The notes under the pieces: model-generated
The model's database searches: none
Seen by the model: the letters and a program-made list of their open reading frames with translations, nothing else
Told to the model about the DNA's origin: nothing
DNA from: the human T2T-CHM13v2.0 reference genome, Homo sapiens
Strand: one strand, 5' to 3'
Length of the DNA: 64,000 bases
Assembly: GCF_009914755.1 (NCBI RefSeq)
Contig: NC_060934.1
In this document: piece after piece, positions 14,883-35,209 of the stretch
Position numbering within the stretch: the stretch's first letter is position 1
Layout: every line of letters starts with the position of its first letter
Translations under genes and position numbers: made by a program

Positions 14883-17800
14883 CTGCCAAGAAAAAAAAAA
14901 TTTCTAATGATAATTTTCTGGGTAGTATCCTGAAATTATGAAGGAACACACACCAATACAATGTATCAATGTCATTATCACTACAGAGTCTTAGGGTACC
15001 TAATATTAATTTTCATATTATAAACTAATGCTTTTATCTACACCATAAGGTATCTGTGTTTATTTAAAAGAAACAAACTAGATCTACATGTGATATGGGC
15101 ATATTTGAGTATACTAAGTCCCAACTGTTTACTTTTAAAAAGGGATGTAATAAAATATGCATGTGTGTAAAAATGTCTGCTTAAAAAGAGAAATTGCTTT
15201 TGAAACAGTAAACTGGGTTGTAGAGCTATTTACCCCCACCTTTTTTTTTTAACTGTATTATTTCTTATTAAAGAGAGTAGTTATTATTTCAATGTACACT
15301 TTTTGTCTAGCTCATTCACATTAAGCAGGATTTTAAATGATCAGGAAGTATCTGGTCTTTTAACTCCACCCCTTGCACTCCCACCCCCGCCCCTGCACCA
15401 AGCACAGATAAAAATCCCGCAGCTTCGGTGAGAGAAGCATGGAGGAAGGGAGTAGAGAGAGTCCGGTAAGAAGTACTACACAAAACTCTACTTTGCAGTC
15501 AAGTCCAAATCTCCACTACTTCTTTTAAAAAAAGTCAATCCAAGGTCATTTGATTCCTTTAAGAAGATACCTTTAACATATGAGATTTAACTCGTATCTT
15601 GGGTGGGGATGACAGGGACAGAGCCAGGGTAGGAAGAGGAAGGAAACAGGGATACAATGTATAAATTTCTTTATGACTATCACACTCACTTTCAAAGTAG
15701 ATGAAGATTAAATAAAATACAAGTGTCTTATATTCATGGTACTGTTCTAAAAACTTGAAAATGAAAACAAAATTCCACCATTTTAAAAACACAGCTGCTT
15801 TACTATAAAAAAATTTTTTAACTGGAAAAAAGTTCGGAAAACAGAATTAATAATCAACTCAATTTCTAAGTTACCTATATCACATGGAGAAATCTTTCTA
15901 GCTACAGGGTAATTTGTGTTAATATTTCCACACAAAACAAAGATTTTGGCATAGACAGTACAAATTACCAGGCATTTCAAAATCATTGTGTTTCCCCTTT
16001 CTCTTATTCTGTCTTAAAAAATATATAACATTTTGTTAATAACAATAAACATACTCCAGGGAAAAACTTCAAGATGTTTGGTTTGGAGTGGCTTTTAAGG
16101 AGTTAATTTCTATATTTAAGAAATTCCTAAGAGGAATTTCAGGTTGACTCACTGCAATCTGTAACAATGTTTCAAAGTTAAAAATTTAATATTAAATTTA
16201 AGCAAGTCTTATTTCTATGCTATCTACATCATGAAGTTACAAATAATATTTTCTTAATTAAAAAACAGGAAAAACTCTCTTATATTCTCACTTATTTTCG
16301 ATATTTAAGATCAGAAAATCTAGTCACAGTAATATCCTCTCTCCCATATCCTAGGCTAACCTTTTAAGCACTCTATTATTTATCAAAATTACTATTATTT
16401 GGGTGAGAAATCACATTTTCAAAATAGAAAATCCTCACATTATTTAGCTATTTCCTTCTACTGTTATCATTTAACACTTTTCAATTACATAAAATCCTAT
16501 AGGATTTCATAAAATCCTATTTATTATTTTACTTAAGTGACAAAAAGTTTGTAAGAAATTCAAGAGCATTTATTGTATTTAGGCTTTAAAAGTGTCCACC
16601 ACTACGTGACCAATTGACATGAAATATGTAACATAAACAGGGATATTCGGCTGATCCCTACTGTAAAAAATGTTTTTTCATATTATATCTCTGTCAGTTT
16701 AGTTTTTAAGTAAACTAGAAAACACTGGCATCTTCTCAAGAGGACTTTTAATCCTTGAACATTATCAAATGATCTATTTCTTTTCAAACAGTACCATATC
16801 AGGTCAACTCATGAAGGTTAACAAAAAGGTCCACAAAAGGTATTATCTAAGTGGCTAAAGATACAATTCAATTAAGTAGGATTTGAAAAAGAAGTAAAGT
16901 TCTCCTTCTGGAGTGCCTCTTTCTTACGCAAATAATACAGGTGGCTTGCATTTCCTATGAGACCTAGTCATTTTATAATATGAAAAACATTCTTCTGAAG
17001 AGAGCTCTCCTTTTCAAGGTAGGCCAGAGTTCTAAGGGTAAATTTCAACAAGCCGACCAATGATTTAAATTATTCTAAGTTAATTTGAAAAAAGGATTTC
17101 TAAGCTAAAAAAATTCTCACGTTTTAAGATGTCTCATTGAAAGCCAAGTAAAATTTGGCTACCAGAAATCTAAGAAAACTAGCTGACAATGATCAAATTT
17201 GAATACTCTTACAAGGACATGAGTACTTATAATCATTTACAAGTGGAAGTCCAAAGTATATCATGCTTCTTAAATAGCAAATAAAAAGTGCTGATAAATA
17301 CTTTTATAGTATTTGTTAAAAGAAATGTTTCAATATTTATTAAATGAGAAACAGTGAATATGTGTGACTGCTCTACTTTAAGGAAAAATGAAAGGCAAAC
17401 AACATATGAAGTGATATTAAAATACACCCCGGTTTTTTTAACTGGCAAAACAACCATGTTAAGTATTGCTAATTTTTGTATTAGTCTAGTACATTTCAAA
17501 GGAACATTATAAGTTTAAAAATAATAAAAAACATATTTAAATAAAAACAAATGGGTCCTACAGCTGGTATGATGAAATTTGTAGTAAATAGTTCATGGGT
17601 CTAGGTGCACTGGAATGTAAAGAAACTAGAACTCATGCATAACTAATTCAACACTCTAAAGATATATCATTCTATGAGTAACTTCCACAGCCTAAAGGGA
17701 AGCAATGAGCTAACATCTGATGAAAGTCACAGTAGAATATGGCCCTAATCACAAAAGACTATCATTCAAATGCTCTAAAAAGCCTTTGAAAACCAAAATG

Positions 17801-18962
17801 AAAATTACTAACACTAAATGTTCAGTTGAAACAAAATGCTTTTTCAATTTTATTAGAGTGAGAGTTTTTTTTAAGGTCATTTATCAGTGTTAAACATACT
17901 TTTTAAAAATAGTCTACGGCCAAAATAAATATAGTTGAGAGCCTGCATTTCTAGTAGGGCCTACCAAACTATAGGAAGAATGCTTAGAACAACTGTATCC
18001 TGTTTGGGGCTCCATGCTGCACCACATTCCATTCACATGAGGAAGACGCGAACAGATGAGCCCTCCCCGAAAAACATTTTTAAAATAAATCAGCTACAGC
18101 TCTTAAACACAACTCAGCTGCTCAAACAAACGATGTTAAAGCTCACCATTTCACATTTAACAGGAAATTCAAGGAGCTTATGTCTGCAGTCTTAGTTTCT
18201 AACAATCTCCGGTTAACAGTTAACAATTCCAAGTTAAAAAAAAAAAAACAGGCTTATTAACTGCAAAAATACTAATATAAATCTCACCAAAGGTAAATAC
18301 TAAAGCAGAAAACAACCTAAGCAACATTTTAGAAGTTAAGATTTAGTCTACCAAAAAAAAAAAAAAAAGGACTGGAGTGACTTGAAAGAACAAAGTCCAA
18401 ATTCCCACCCAAGCAGGTCTATTGAAAAACACGATACTGTTAGAAAACAAGTTGGGGGTGGGGAAGGGAATAACCAAAAAAAAAACCTTACAAAACAAAT
18501 ACCCCCACTTTCCTTGAAACACTAGTCTGAAAATCCTAATTTGAAGCACTTCTGCCATAATACTTTAAACAATTAAACTCGTTTTTTAACATTTACAGTT
18601 ATTAAATTACTACAAACACAATAAACCTTTTTAAACAAATGAAAGTTAAAAATTCTTAAAACTAAAAACATTGAGGCCAGATCTTTTATAAAAGGCAGTG
18701 ACCTTAATTTCTCAGGCTGAGAAGAAAAACCAAATGTAAATTAAGACAAAAGAAAAAGGAAGCAGAAAAATACAAACCGTACTTTGTTCTTGAGAATTTT
18801 AAAGTATCTTTAAATCTCAGAAATCCACAACAAGGCTTTAAAGGTCAGTAAGTATTTGCTGAAATTTCTATTTTGTTCTGGAAGAGTATCTAGTGTAAAT
18901 ACTTCTTTAGTCTTCAAAAATCACAGGCAAATGGCTCTCAAACCAAGCATTTCTGAGCTCAC

Positions 18963-18977
18963 TTGCAGCGGCGTCAT
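18963..18977 (-). CDS. JMJD1C: Putative 5-codon coding start MTPLQ, in frame with exon 3
   Basis: acaATG ACG CCG CTG CAA|gt. A at -3, phase-0 donor matches the phase-0 exon-3 acceptor, upstream in-frame TAG at 19028-19026. Confidence 0.45.
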
Positions 18978-19200
18978 TGTATAGGAAGAAAAGCCAAGAC
19001 CACAGAACGAAGCAGGAGCTGTAACCTAACAAGTCTCCAACGAGCAAATGACGATTTTCTGTCTGCTCTGGCTCAGCCCTGGCAGTGATGAGGATTACAA
19101 CTCGCTCTTTGTCATCAGCACTGTGGTGTTAACGACTAAGAAATCCTGCAGCTGAAGCACTACTGCATCCTCCGATCTGGGTCAGGATAATTTCTCTCGA
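18963..19200 (-). other. JMJD1C: Putative alternative first exon of JMJD1C (5' boundary uncertain)
   Basis: Donor CAA|GTGAGC at 18963/18962. Non-repetitive and locally CpG-rich. JMJD1C is known to have short internal-promoter isoforms, but I cannot verify the annotated boundaries. Confidence 0.55.
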
Positions 19201-19560
19201 GGTCGCTTACATAACCAGTAAGATACTCCAAATAAAGAGAACAGCCATCCATCAGCTGGAGAAAGCCTTTCCCACTGTACTCTGTCTGCGTGGAAACACA
19301 GTGCAGTAGCTTCCAACAGTGCAGACACCCAAATGAGAACGAGTACTTGGCTTAGGGCACACTGAGAGAAGGGAAGAGGCGGTGCTCTGTAAACTGTAAC
19401 TAATCCCCCGTCACAGGTGCTGATGGAGTCACTTCCAGCACGAGTCACATTACTAGTGATTACTCATTTGGCTGCGGCCATAGAGACTGGCTCATAATTT
19501 TAACAACAGACAAAGACAGACTAGTGGCGAGACTGAAAGCTCAAGTTTACTGTCTCCTTC
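19200..19560 (-). promoter_or_regulatory. Candidate internal promoter/enhancer
   Basis: ETS core GGAAGTG (19436-19430) overlapping TGACTC. Second GTGACTC (19448-19442), TGAGTAA (19466-19460), YY1-like ATGGCCGC (19481-19474), E-box CAGGTG near 19413. Confidence 0.5.
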
Positions 19561-19992
19561 ATAAAGCAAATGCAAATACTAAGTTTTTGCTTTCCAGATT
19601 TACCAAGGTGAGAAAGTGCAGAAAAGAAATAACATGTGACTATCTCTCAAGTTGGTAAAAATAAAGCATCAAATATACTTTGTATGTTTTTGGGCACGAT
19701 TTATTTATTAGTATAACCATTTTGCCTTAAAAATATTAAAAACTTCAAAATAAATCAATTTAAAATATTTTTAGACAATGATCTCAACAATCTCATAGGC
19801 ATTTTACTAAAAAAAAACTGGTAATATTTATTTTGGTAGATTTGAAAATATTCCTCAACCATTTTCACTCATTACAAAAAACAACTTAACCTAGATAGTT
19901 CTAAGATACAATTTGAAAGCATAAAATGCATTTCTCAGATGTGTTATATAATATAGTCTCTTAACATCTATCTAAATTCTAGAGTTCTGCTG

Positions 19993-20272
19993 TCTGATGT
20001 TGTCCAATATGGTAGTTACTAATCATATGTAGCAACTGAGCACCTGAAATGTAGTTAATCTGAATTGAGATGTGTGATGTACAAAATACACATTGAATAT
20101 AAAAAAAATTAAGAGGTATCTCATGAATAATTTTATTTTGATATGCTAATATTTTGACATATTGGGTTAAATAAAATACTGTAAAATTAATACACCTATG
20201 TTAAAATTTTGATGTAAAGACAATTTAAAATCACACATGTAGCTCACATTTTATTTCTACTGGACAAGAATG
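19993..20272 (-). mobile_element. MER33 (hAT-Charlie MITE)
   Basis: tgtccaatatggtag...gagcacctgaaatgt...gaattgagatgtg...attgggttaaataaaata...ttctactggaca. Confidence 0.8.
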
Positions 20273-20284
20273 CTCTAATAGTAA

Positions 20285-20887
<603 letters not shown>

Positions 20888-21227
20888 TTATAGTAATTTC
20901 TCGTTTCATAGTGGAGACTTACGTGATGATATGAGACTGACTTTGGCTACTCAATAAATCAAAGAGCAGAGATGGAATGGAATATAAATTTGTGGCTCTA
21001 TGTAAAACATCAGGTTATGTCTATTAATTTGTCAGTATAATTAAATTTTAACCTTTAGAGCATCCAGCGAAAATTTGTAAGTTTCTGACTTAGAGCAGGA
21101 AAGCTGGCCATATACTTAAGTCAACCACGCTTCTGTATTACAATTTAATTGAAATGGTTTCAGTTTTATTGTAGAAATTACATGATGAAAGAGGAATTAT
21201 ATATGGTAACATGCACTGAAACTTTAA

Positions 21228-21595
<368 letters not shown>

Positions 21596-21681
21596 ATGTA
21601 AATAGTCTTTTATTATAAATGTATCCCTATGGAGAAATCTCAATTTCAGTAAATCTAAAAATTCATGCTAATTAAAAAAAA

Positions 21682-21852
<171 letters not shown>

Positions 21853-21948
21853 TGATGTTTTTTAAATACCACATACATAATCCCTTTAAATCTACTCCAG
21901 AAGTATCAATTTCATTTCACAGAAATTATCAGGTTAGCTACTGAAAAG

Positions 21949-22242
<294 letters not shown>

Positions 22243-22375
22243 TTAGTATATGATGAACTTGCACTTATAAAAAGAATGAAAAAGAGATGGGCAATGATTA
22301 GCCTAAGACTGTGAGTAAAGTATGGCTTTATTTTACAGAACATATTGTGTAGAACATGCATGATCCAGAAGGTAA

Positions 22376-22731
<356 letters not shown>

Positions 22732-23327
22732 TAACCACCCTAATAATTCATTCATAATTAATCAGACATAAAATAAAAAGAATCTATGTAAATAAAAGAA
22801 CTCACAATGTCATGTTACCAAACCAAAAAAAGCAAATGCTTAATACAGCTTAATATAACAAACTATCAAATTTTAAGTACTTTAGTACATTTCCCCAATT
22901 TATTGTACATTAGAAAATTTCACAGGATTTATCTCATAATCTTGCATAAACTCAAGTTTGTCTACACTATATGATATAGACTTAAAAACAGCTATTTTTG
23001 CTTCTCAAGTACTTCAGTCCCTTACAGAATCATATAGCACAAAGTACACTTAGCTAAACCATACAATTGCCTCAAAAGTCATACATTCTTAGTAACACAA
23101 ATGTACTAATTTTTAGTAAAATTAATGTAATTAACAATACTGAAAAACCAAACATTCATTTTTAAAAAGTATTTCACACTACATCATGGTTGAATTAAAA
23201 TAAGACTGGCTTCTCCACTACTAAAAATACTATAGAATCAATTCTTGATGCAAAGGATGCAGAGTTACAACTAGTTGGTAATAATGAATGCCTTTTAAAT
23301 ATTTAAAATGGGCTTGACATACATATA

Positions 23328-23479
23328 TTTAGAGATTGGGTCTCACTCTGTTGTCCAGGCCAGAGTGCAGTGGAGCTATCAGCTCACTGCAGCCTCAAAC
23401 TCCTGGGCTCAAGCCATCCTCCTGCCTCAGTCTCCTGAGCAGCTGGGACTACAAGTAAGTGCCACCATATCTGGCTAAT
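23328..23479 (-). mobile_element. Alu right monomer (FRAM/AluJ)
   Basis: gggtctcactctgttgtccagg...ggactacaag. Confidence 0.8.
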
Positions 23480-24402
23480 ATAAATATATTAATGTGACTG
23501 GTCTGGTATTAATTGGTCTGGTACTCTGGTAAATTTTTAACACAAACAAAAATAATGAAGTAATGACATAGAGAACCCACTTGGTATCAAGCATAAATTG
23601 CTAGCTTTTACTTCAAGTCTCCTTAATGCACTCCTGTTCTTATAACTCATTAGAGAATGGTAGATCCCACCTTTCACACAATTTAGTCCTTTAAATTGAT
23701 TGTTCTTATGGCTTATACCTTCTTTACTAGACTGAGGTAAAAAGGTGAAAAGTTAATTTTTGTTTCTTTTTGTTGGGAGGTGAGGAGGGGAGTAAAAGGC
23801 CTTTTTTGGCTGCTAAACCAGGCTAGGGGAAGAGGAAACTACTCCAGTTACTGCCCAGAAATACACATCTCTAACTTCCTTCCTTTTTAGTTGGTTTCTA
23901 GGTTACAAGCTGAATGTATCAACACAGGTCAGAAGGTAAACAGAGGCTAAAAGGAAGGCAACACTGCCTGCCTACCCAAAGAAAATCTGCTCCTTCCAGT
24001 AATGTGAGAATCTTATATGTACAATTTTAGGAGTTAAAATAAACAAAGATTTTGGTTCCATTTATCTTGGGCCATGAAAAGAATACATCTCTCATCTTTA
24101 TACACGTGGAAGCCTAAACAAACCACTGGATTTTAAAAAATTATACAGACTCAAAAACAAAAAAGCAAAAAACTCTTACAAGTTCAATGATCTAGCAATA
24201 TAAATATTTTTAAAGACATATGGGTGGAAAAAAAGATGAACAACAATCGTAGGAGGAATTCAACTTGACTGGCCTTACAAGAAAGCTGACTATAATTCAT
24301 TAAAGTATTTTTCAATAAGCCATACTGTAAAATCTATGAAAATACATAAAAATGTAACTCCTACATCATTGTAATGTCCAAAGGATTAAGTTTTTAACAG
24401 TA

Positions 24403-24765
<363 letters not shown>

Positions 24766-24862
24766 TCAAACCTTCAATAGTCTATGATTTCTACAAGGAT
24801 TTCTAGTAGATATGGACCTTAAGACTTTTTTAACTCTCCTATCTCCAGCAAACATTGTAGCA

Positions 24863-24985
24863 CATTCATTCAATCAATAGGTATAAAATGGCTTCTATGT
24901 GCAAGGCACCATGCTTTGGGCCAGGGTATGCAATAGTGAGGAAAAGACAACCAAATTTTTACCCTAGCAGAGTATTCAGTCTTTT
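24863..24985 (-). mobile_element. L2 3' end fragment
   Basis: cattcattcaatcaata...ctatgtgcaaggcaccatgct. Confidence 0.65.
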
Positions 24986-25035
24986 ATAAGAGAACGGAAT
25001 ACAGTAATCATACAAATCAAGCAGCAATCATACAA

Positions 25036-25156
25036 GCAGACATAGTGGCATGCCCCTGGAATCCCAGCTACTTAGAAAGTGAGCTGAGAGGATGGCTTGA
25101 GCCCAGGGAGTAGGAGACCAGCCTGGGCAACATTGCAAGATGCTGTCTCTAAAAAT
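25036..25156 (+). mobile_element. FLAM_A-like monomer
   Basis: atcccagctactt...ggatggcttgagcccagg...gaccagcctgggcaaca. Confidence 0.75.
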
Positions 25157-25199
25157 ATAGGTATTTTTAAAAAAGAAATACAAAATTTAGTCCTATTAC

Positions 25200-25340
25200 T
25201 TTAATGTTAGAAATACTCTCATTTTTACAGATAAAAAAATGGACACTCGAGTCTAAGTGACTTTGTTTGTCAAAAATCTTGTTTATAGAAGTGCTAGGAC
25301 CAGAACTTGGATTTCCTAATTCACAGCTGAATGATTTTTA
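25200..25340 (-). mobile_element. MIR fragment
   Basis: ctcatttttacagataaaaaaatggacactc...aagtgacttt. Confidence 0.6.
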
Positions 25341-26304
25341 CATCATAAGATGGTGTGAAAGCATTGTATTTATTTTCATGCTGGTTGGCATGGGTGGCAG
25401 AGAGCAAAGTGTTTTGCCATCTGCTGAATTAAACTTTAAACTTTGAACGCTGAATGGAGAAAAATGAAGCCTGTCTAGAAGAAACTGCAAAGTCACAAAG
25501 TACAAAGGAAAAGAAGTATGACATAAGTTTATGTATTTTTAATTTGCTTTACTGACATACGTCACCTTTCACAAAGGAGAAATAAGCAGGATTAGGAGGA
25601 AAAATCAATTCAACATAAAGGGTTTTTAAAGCTATGTTCAGAAAAAGACCATTGGGAAAGATGATAAAACACCAATATTTGGAAGAAAGAAAAGCTTATT
25701 TAATTACTTTTATTTCTGTCAAGAAAAAGTGATTTTACTATGGAAAATATGAACTAGAGATTAAAAAAAACTAAAGATTAAATGATATGTAGAGGATCCT
25801 TTTTGTTTCCAAAAATAGTTTTCTTAACAAGTAACATAATTATATTTGAGAAAATTTGTAAAATAAATGCATGAAAAAGATCCCATATTCTTATCCTTAG
25901 TGAACCCAGCCAGTTAACTATTTAAGTGCACTTTCAGCCCTTTTTTTCCTCACAACCATATTAGTTATCAACATTCAGGATACACGCAAATTTTAAGTTG
26001 CTCATTTTATTTAATAATCTTCTCATGTTCTTACATTGCCATCATTTTAACGACTTAAAAAACAGGCATGAGTTTATTAAAGCATTAGTTTTATTATTCA
26101 TTCTCTTAATGTTGAATGCTAAAGCTGCTTGCAATTTTGTATTATAAACAATACTATGAACGTCTTCATGCTTTTAGTAATTAAAAATCATAGATTAAAT
26201 TATATGTTAGAATACTAAATTGGTAGGTACAAGCTCAGAGCCATTAACTGGTAGTCTTTGAAAAAAATCATGGCATTGCCAAGACATTAGAGATAGGCAG
26301 TTGA

Positions 26305-26880
<576 letters not shown>

Positions 26881-26976
26881 AGGAAACCAATTTTAATTAC
26901 GTATGTAATTAACAGTAGTCCCACAAAATATGAGACTCACTGAAGAGTGAGATATTGAAGCTTATACAGCATCTGA

Positions 26977-27307
<331 letters not shown>

Positions 27308-27424
27308 AAAATAGTAATCTCTATTTTTTTATTTTTTTTAATCAATGTTGACCAGGTTGGCCTCGAATGTGTAGCCTCGCCTCCCCGAGTGCCAGGGCAA
27401 CCGGCCTGAGCCACCGAGACTCCC
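27308..27424 (-). ncRNA. ASR (Alu/snaR-related) retrocopy with A-rich tract and Pol III terminator-like TTTT
   Basis: Minus strand GGGAGTCTCGGTGGCTCAGGCCGGTTGCCCTGGCACTCGGGGAGGCGAGGCTACACATTCGAGGCCAACCTGGTCAACATTG. Shares GTGGCTCAGGCCGGTTGC and TTCGAGGCCA.CCTGGTC with snaR as I recall it. Confidence 0.75.
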
Positions 27425-27856
27425 AGAAGCTTGGGGCTTTTAAGGGTTGGTGTCTACACAAGTTATACAAAATGGAGTGAGAGGAGGAAATACATGATGA
27501 ATAAAGATAGTCTTGTTATGCAGACTAAAGTCTCTCAGGTAATAACAGTTGTCTGCAGCAGCCCTTTCCCTGATACAGGTAACTTTTACTAAAGTAGATC
27601 TCCTTTATAGATGGGTAAATTTCTTTTACAAAAGGGCAGCTTTTCAAAATTACTCCTGTGTCTGCAGATTCTCAGAATAACTAGCTCAAAACATGGCAAA
27701 AAAAGATATTTTGGGGATGGTATATTCTGGTCTCTTACCAGAATATTTTGGGTGGGGTATCTTGAGCCAACAATGGATAATCAGTATAATGAAAATTTTT
27801 AAAAAACAAATTGACCAAGTAAGAGCAAAATATATTCATTGAGAGTAATTTGCATT

Positions 27857-27858
<2 letters not shown>

Positions 27859-27892
<34 letters not shown>

Positions 27893-28168
27893 AGACAGAG
27901 TCTTGCTCTGTCTCCCAGGCTGGAGTGCAATCTTGTGATCTTGGCTCACTGAAACCTCTGCCTCTTGGTTCAAAAGATTCTCCTGCCTCAGCCTCCCGAG
28001 TAGCTGGGATTACAGGTGTGCGCCACCACGCCTGTCTAACTTTTCTATTTTTAGTAGAGATGGGGTTTCGCCATGTTGGCCAGGCTGGTCTCCAACTACC
28101 TCAGGTTATCTGCCCACCTCGACCTCCCAAAGTGCTGGGATTACAGGCATTAGCCACTGTACCCAGCC
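27859..28168 (-). mobile_element. Alu (AluS) with T33 tail
   Basis: TSD tgcattt. Confidence 0.92.
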
Positions 28169-28339
28169 TGCATTTTAATAAAAACAAAAGTTATTAGGTT
28201 AATAAGATTTGAAACTAAGCTTTAAGGAACTTGACTTAAACAAAACTTTTATCAAGACAACCTACAATAGGTAAGTCAATGAAATACAGGCTGGATGATA
28301 ATTACATATCTGCAGTGGGTTAAAGAGTACTGATTAATA

Positions 28340-29027
<688 letters not shown>

Positions 29028-29101
29028 TCATTTCTGGTCTTATATACTCATTATCGCTTGAAAGCTATCTCTATTTTCAAATTAACAAATGACAGAATGG
29101 C

Positions 29102-30694
<1,593 letters not shown>

Positions 30695-31093
30695 AGATTC
30701 TGAATGAAAATTTGTCAAGTCGTCACTATAAGGAATATATTTCTGCCTCTGCCTGGGGATGGTTTATAAAATATTAAAGATTCTTTTCAATTCTAAGATT
30801 TTAATATTATCTTGTTCAATCTACTTAGTGTTTAAGAGCAAAGTACAGATAAATGTGATAAACCAAACTCTTCATAAACACTGCTACCACTTGTGTATAT
30901 ATAAAGAAGCATAAAATAAGTACTCCTGAATGTTTCATGTATTATTCACATGAACTGGCAGAATTAAAGGTAAAAAGTAACATCTCCCATTTTAAACTTC
31001 ATAAAGTAAACCAAGTAGGCTGTCCCGCTTGACAGAAATAAAACGACACAAGATGCTTGTGTGGCATGGGATCCATGGGATCCTTTACCTCTT

Positions 31094-31903
<810 letters not shown>

Positions 31904-32831
31904 AATCCTTTACCTCTTGAGGATAAAAATTAAATATAATTCTGTGGGAATAAGAAATATTATACCATTAAATCAACTCAACCATAAAAGCAATGCTTGT
32001 GTTAAAATGTTAATACTCATAAAAATCACAGGAGAAACTGAGGTTAACCTAAAATAAAATGTCCTCAATCTTGAGTCCTGTCAAGCACACCATCCTCAAG
32101 GAGTAGGACATATACGTTTGCATATGACTGATTTCCTGACCTTTTTTGGTCAAAAGCTAGTAATATGCCTCTTCCAGTTTTTCCTAATCGTTTCATTGTT
32201 TGTCCTCTTAGAAACTTGAATAAGACACCTTTTTTGCACTGGTTTTGTTCATTTCCATCTGGCAAACATCTGTTTCTTGTGCAGTATAAGTCAACAAGGC
32301 TCTACAATTATTTCCCCATTACCTCCTTGTTTGTTAAAACTGATGATGTCAGCAACAATCTGGAAGCCAAATTTTTCAATGGACAAATGAGATACACAAT
32401 TTCCATTAAGTATATGATACGATGCAGTATCTATTTTTGCATATTTAGAAGATTAACATTTAGGTGACAATGATCACCTATGTTAAGTAGTATTTAGATT
32501 CAAAACATGGTAAAGTAATAACAAAGTAATCCAAGTTTCTACCATATTTCTTTAAGTATTGGTAACTTATGCCGATATTTTGACAGCAGTGAAATATCAA
32601 AGTACTGATATGCAACACAGAAAGACTATACTGAAAGAGAGACCTTTTTCACACAATTAAAGATTGGCACTGAAGTGTTTTCTTTCAATTACAAATTACG
32701 ATTCATTTAAAAGTTCTTCCCTTTCTAGCATGTTAAGGGGTAACAAAGTTATATTTTTAAAATGTACAGGGAAAACAAATATACTAATCTCCTCTCAGGT
32801 CAATAAAATTTCGATAACATTTCTTCTTTAA

Positions 32832-34461
<1,630 letters not shown>

Positions 34462-34989
34462 TGGAGTTTCCTTTATCCTTCTTTTACAGTGGTGAATTAG
34501 ATTGAGCTTTGTTATGCTTCATTATGTTTATTACTGTCATTCATTCTGAAGAATCCTGAAAGCCTGATGCTGAAGGCTGAGAGTGGTGTTAACCAAGGCC
34601 TAGAACCAGTGGTTCTCAAAGGATAACCCTCAACCAGCAGCATCTGCAGAAACACCAACCCTTCATTAACTTCATCCATAGGTTCTTGGGAATAACATAT
34701 AATGAAACCAAAACCACAGTCTGATATAAACAAGAGTTAAGTTCCTATGGCATGTTTCTGGTGACAAAAACATCATTAAACTTCGAAATAAGGACTCAAA
34801 GCACATTCAATATTTAACATTGAAATAAATGTAAGCTATACATACATTTAAGAAAGATTAATAAAAACAAGCTAATTATTTACCCAATTATTACAGTTCA
34901 GAGTTGTGAGTGGCCAGAGCTTATCCTAGAAGCTCACCATTCAAGGCCAGAACCAATCGTGCACAAGATGCCATTCCCTGGCAGGGAAG

Positions 34990-34992
<3 letters not shown>

Positions 34993-35035
<43 letters not shown>

Positions 35036-35085
35036 TCTCTCTACTCGCTGTCTCTCACACATACACGCCACACATACACACACAA
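34993..35085. repeat. (CA)n microsatellite and degenerate CA tract within MER6A
   Basis: About 20 pure CA units. Confidence 0.95.
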
Positions 35086-35209
35086 TTTACACAAGCAAAT
35101 TAAATTAGCTTGCACATCTTTGGGATTTGGGAGGAAACCAGGATATCCTGAGCAAACCCACGCAGACATGGAAATAAAGTGCAAACTCCTCACGGACAGT
35201 GACCCTACA

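Noticed and set aside
19182-19448. 88-aa minus-strand ORF over the candidate promoter
   Set aside because: Apparently non-ATG start, no similarity to JMJD1C or any family I recognise; probably a by-product of higher GC content.
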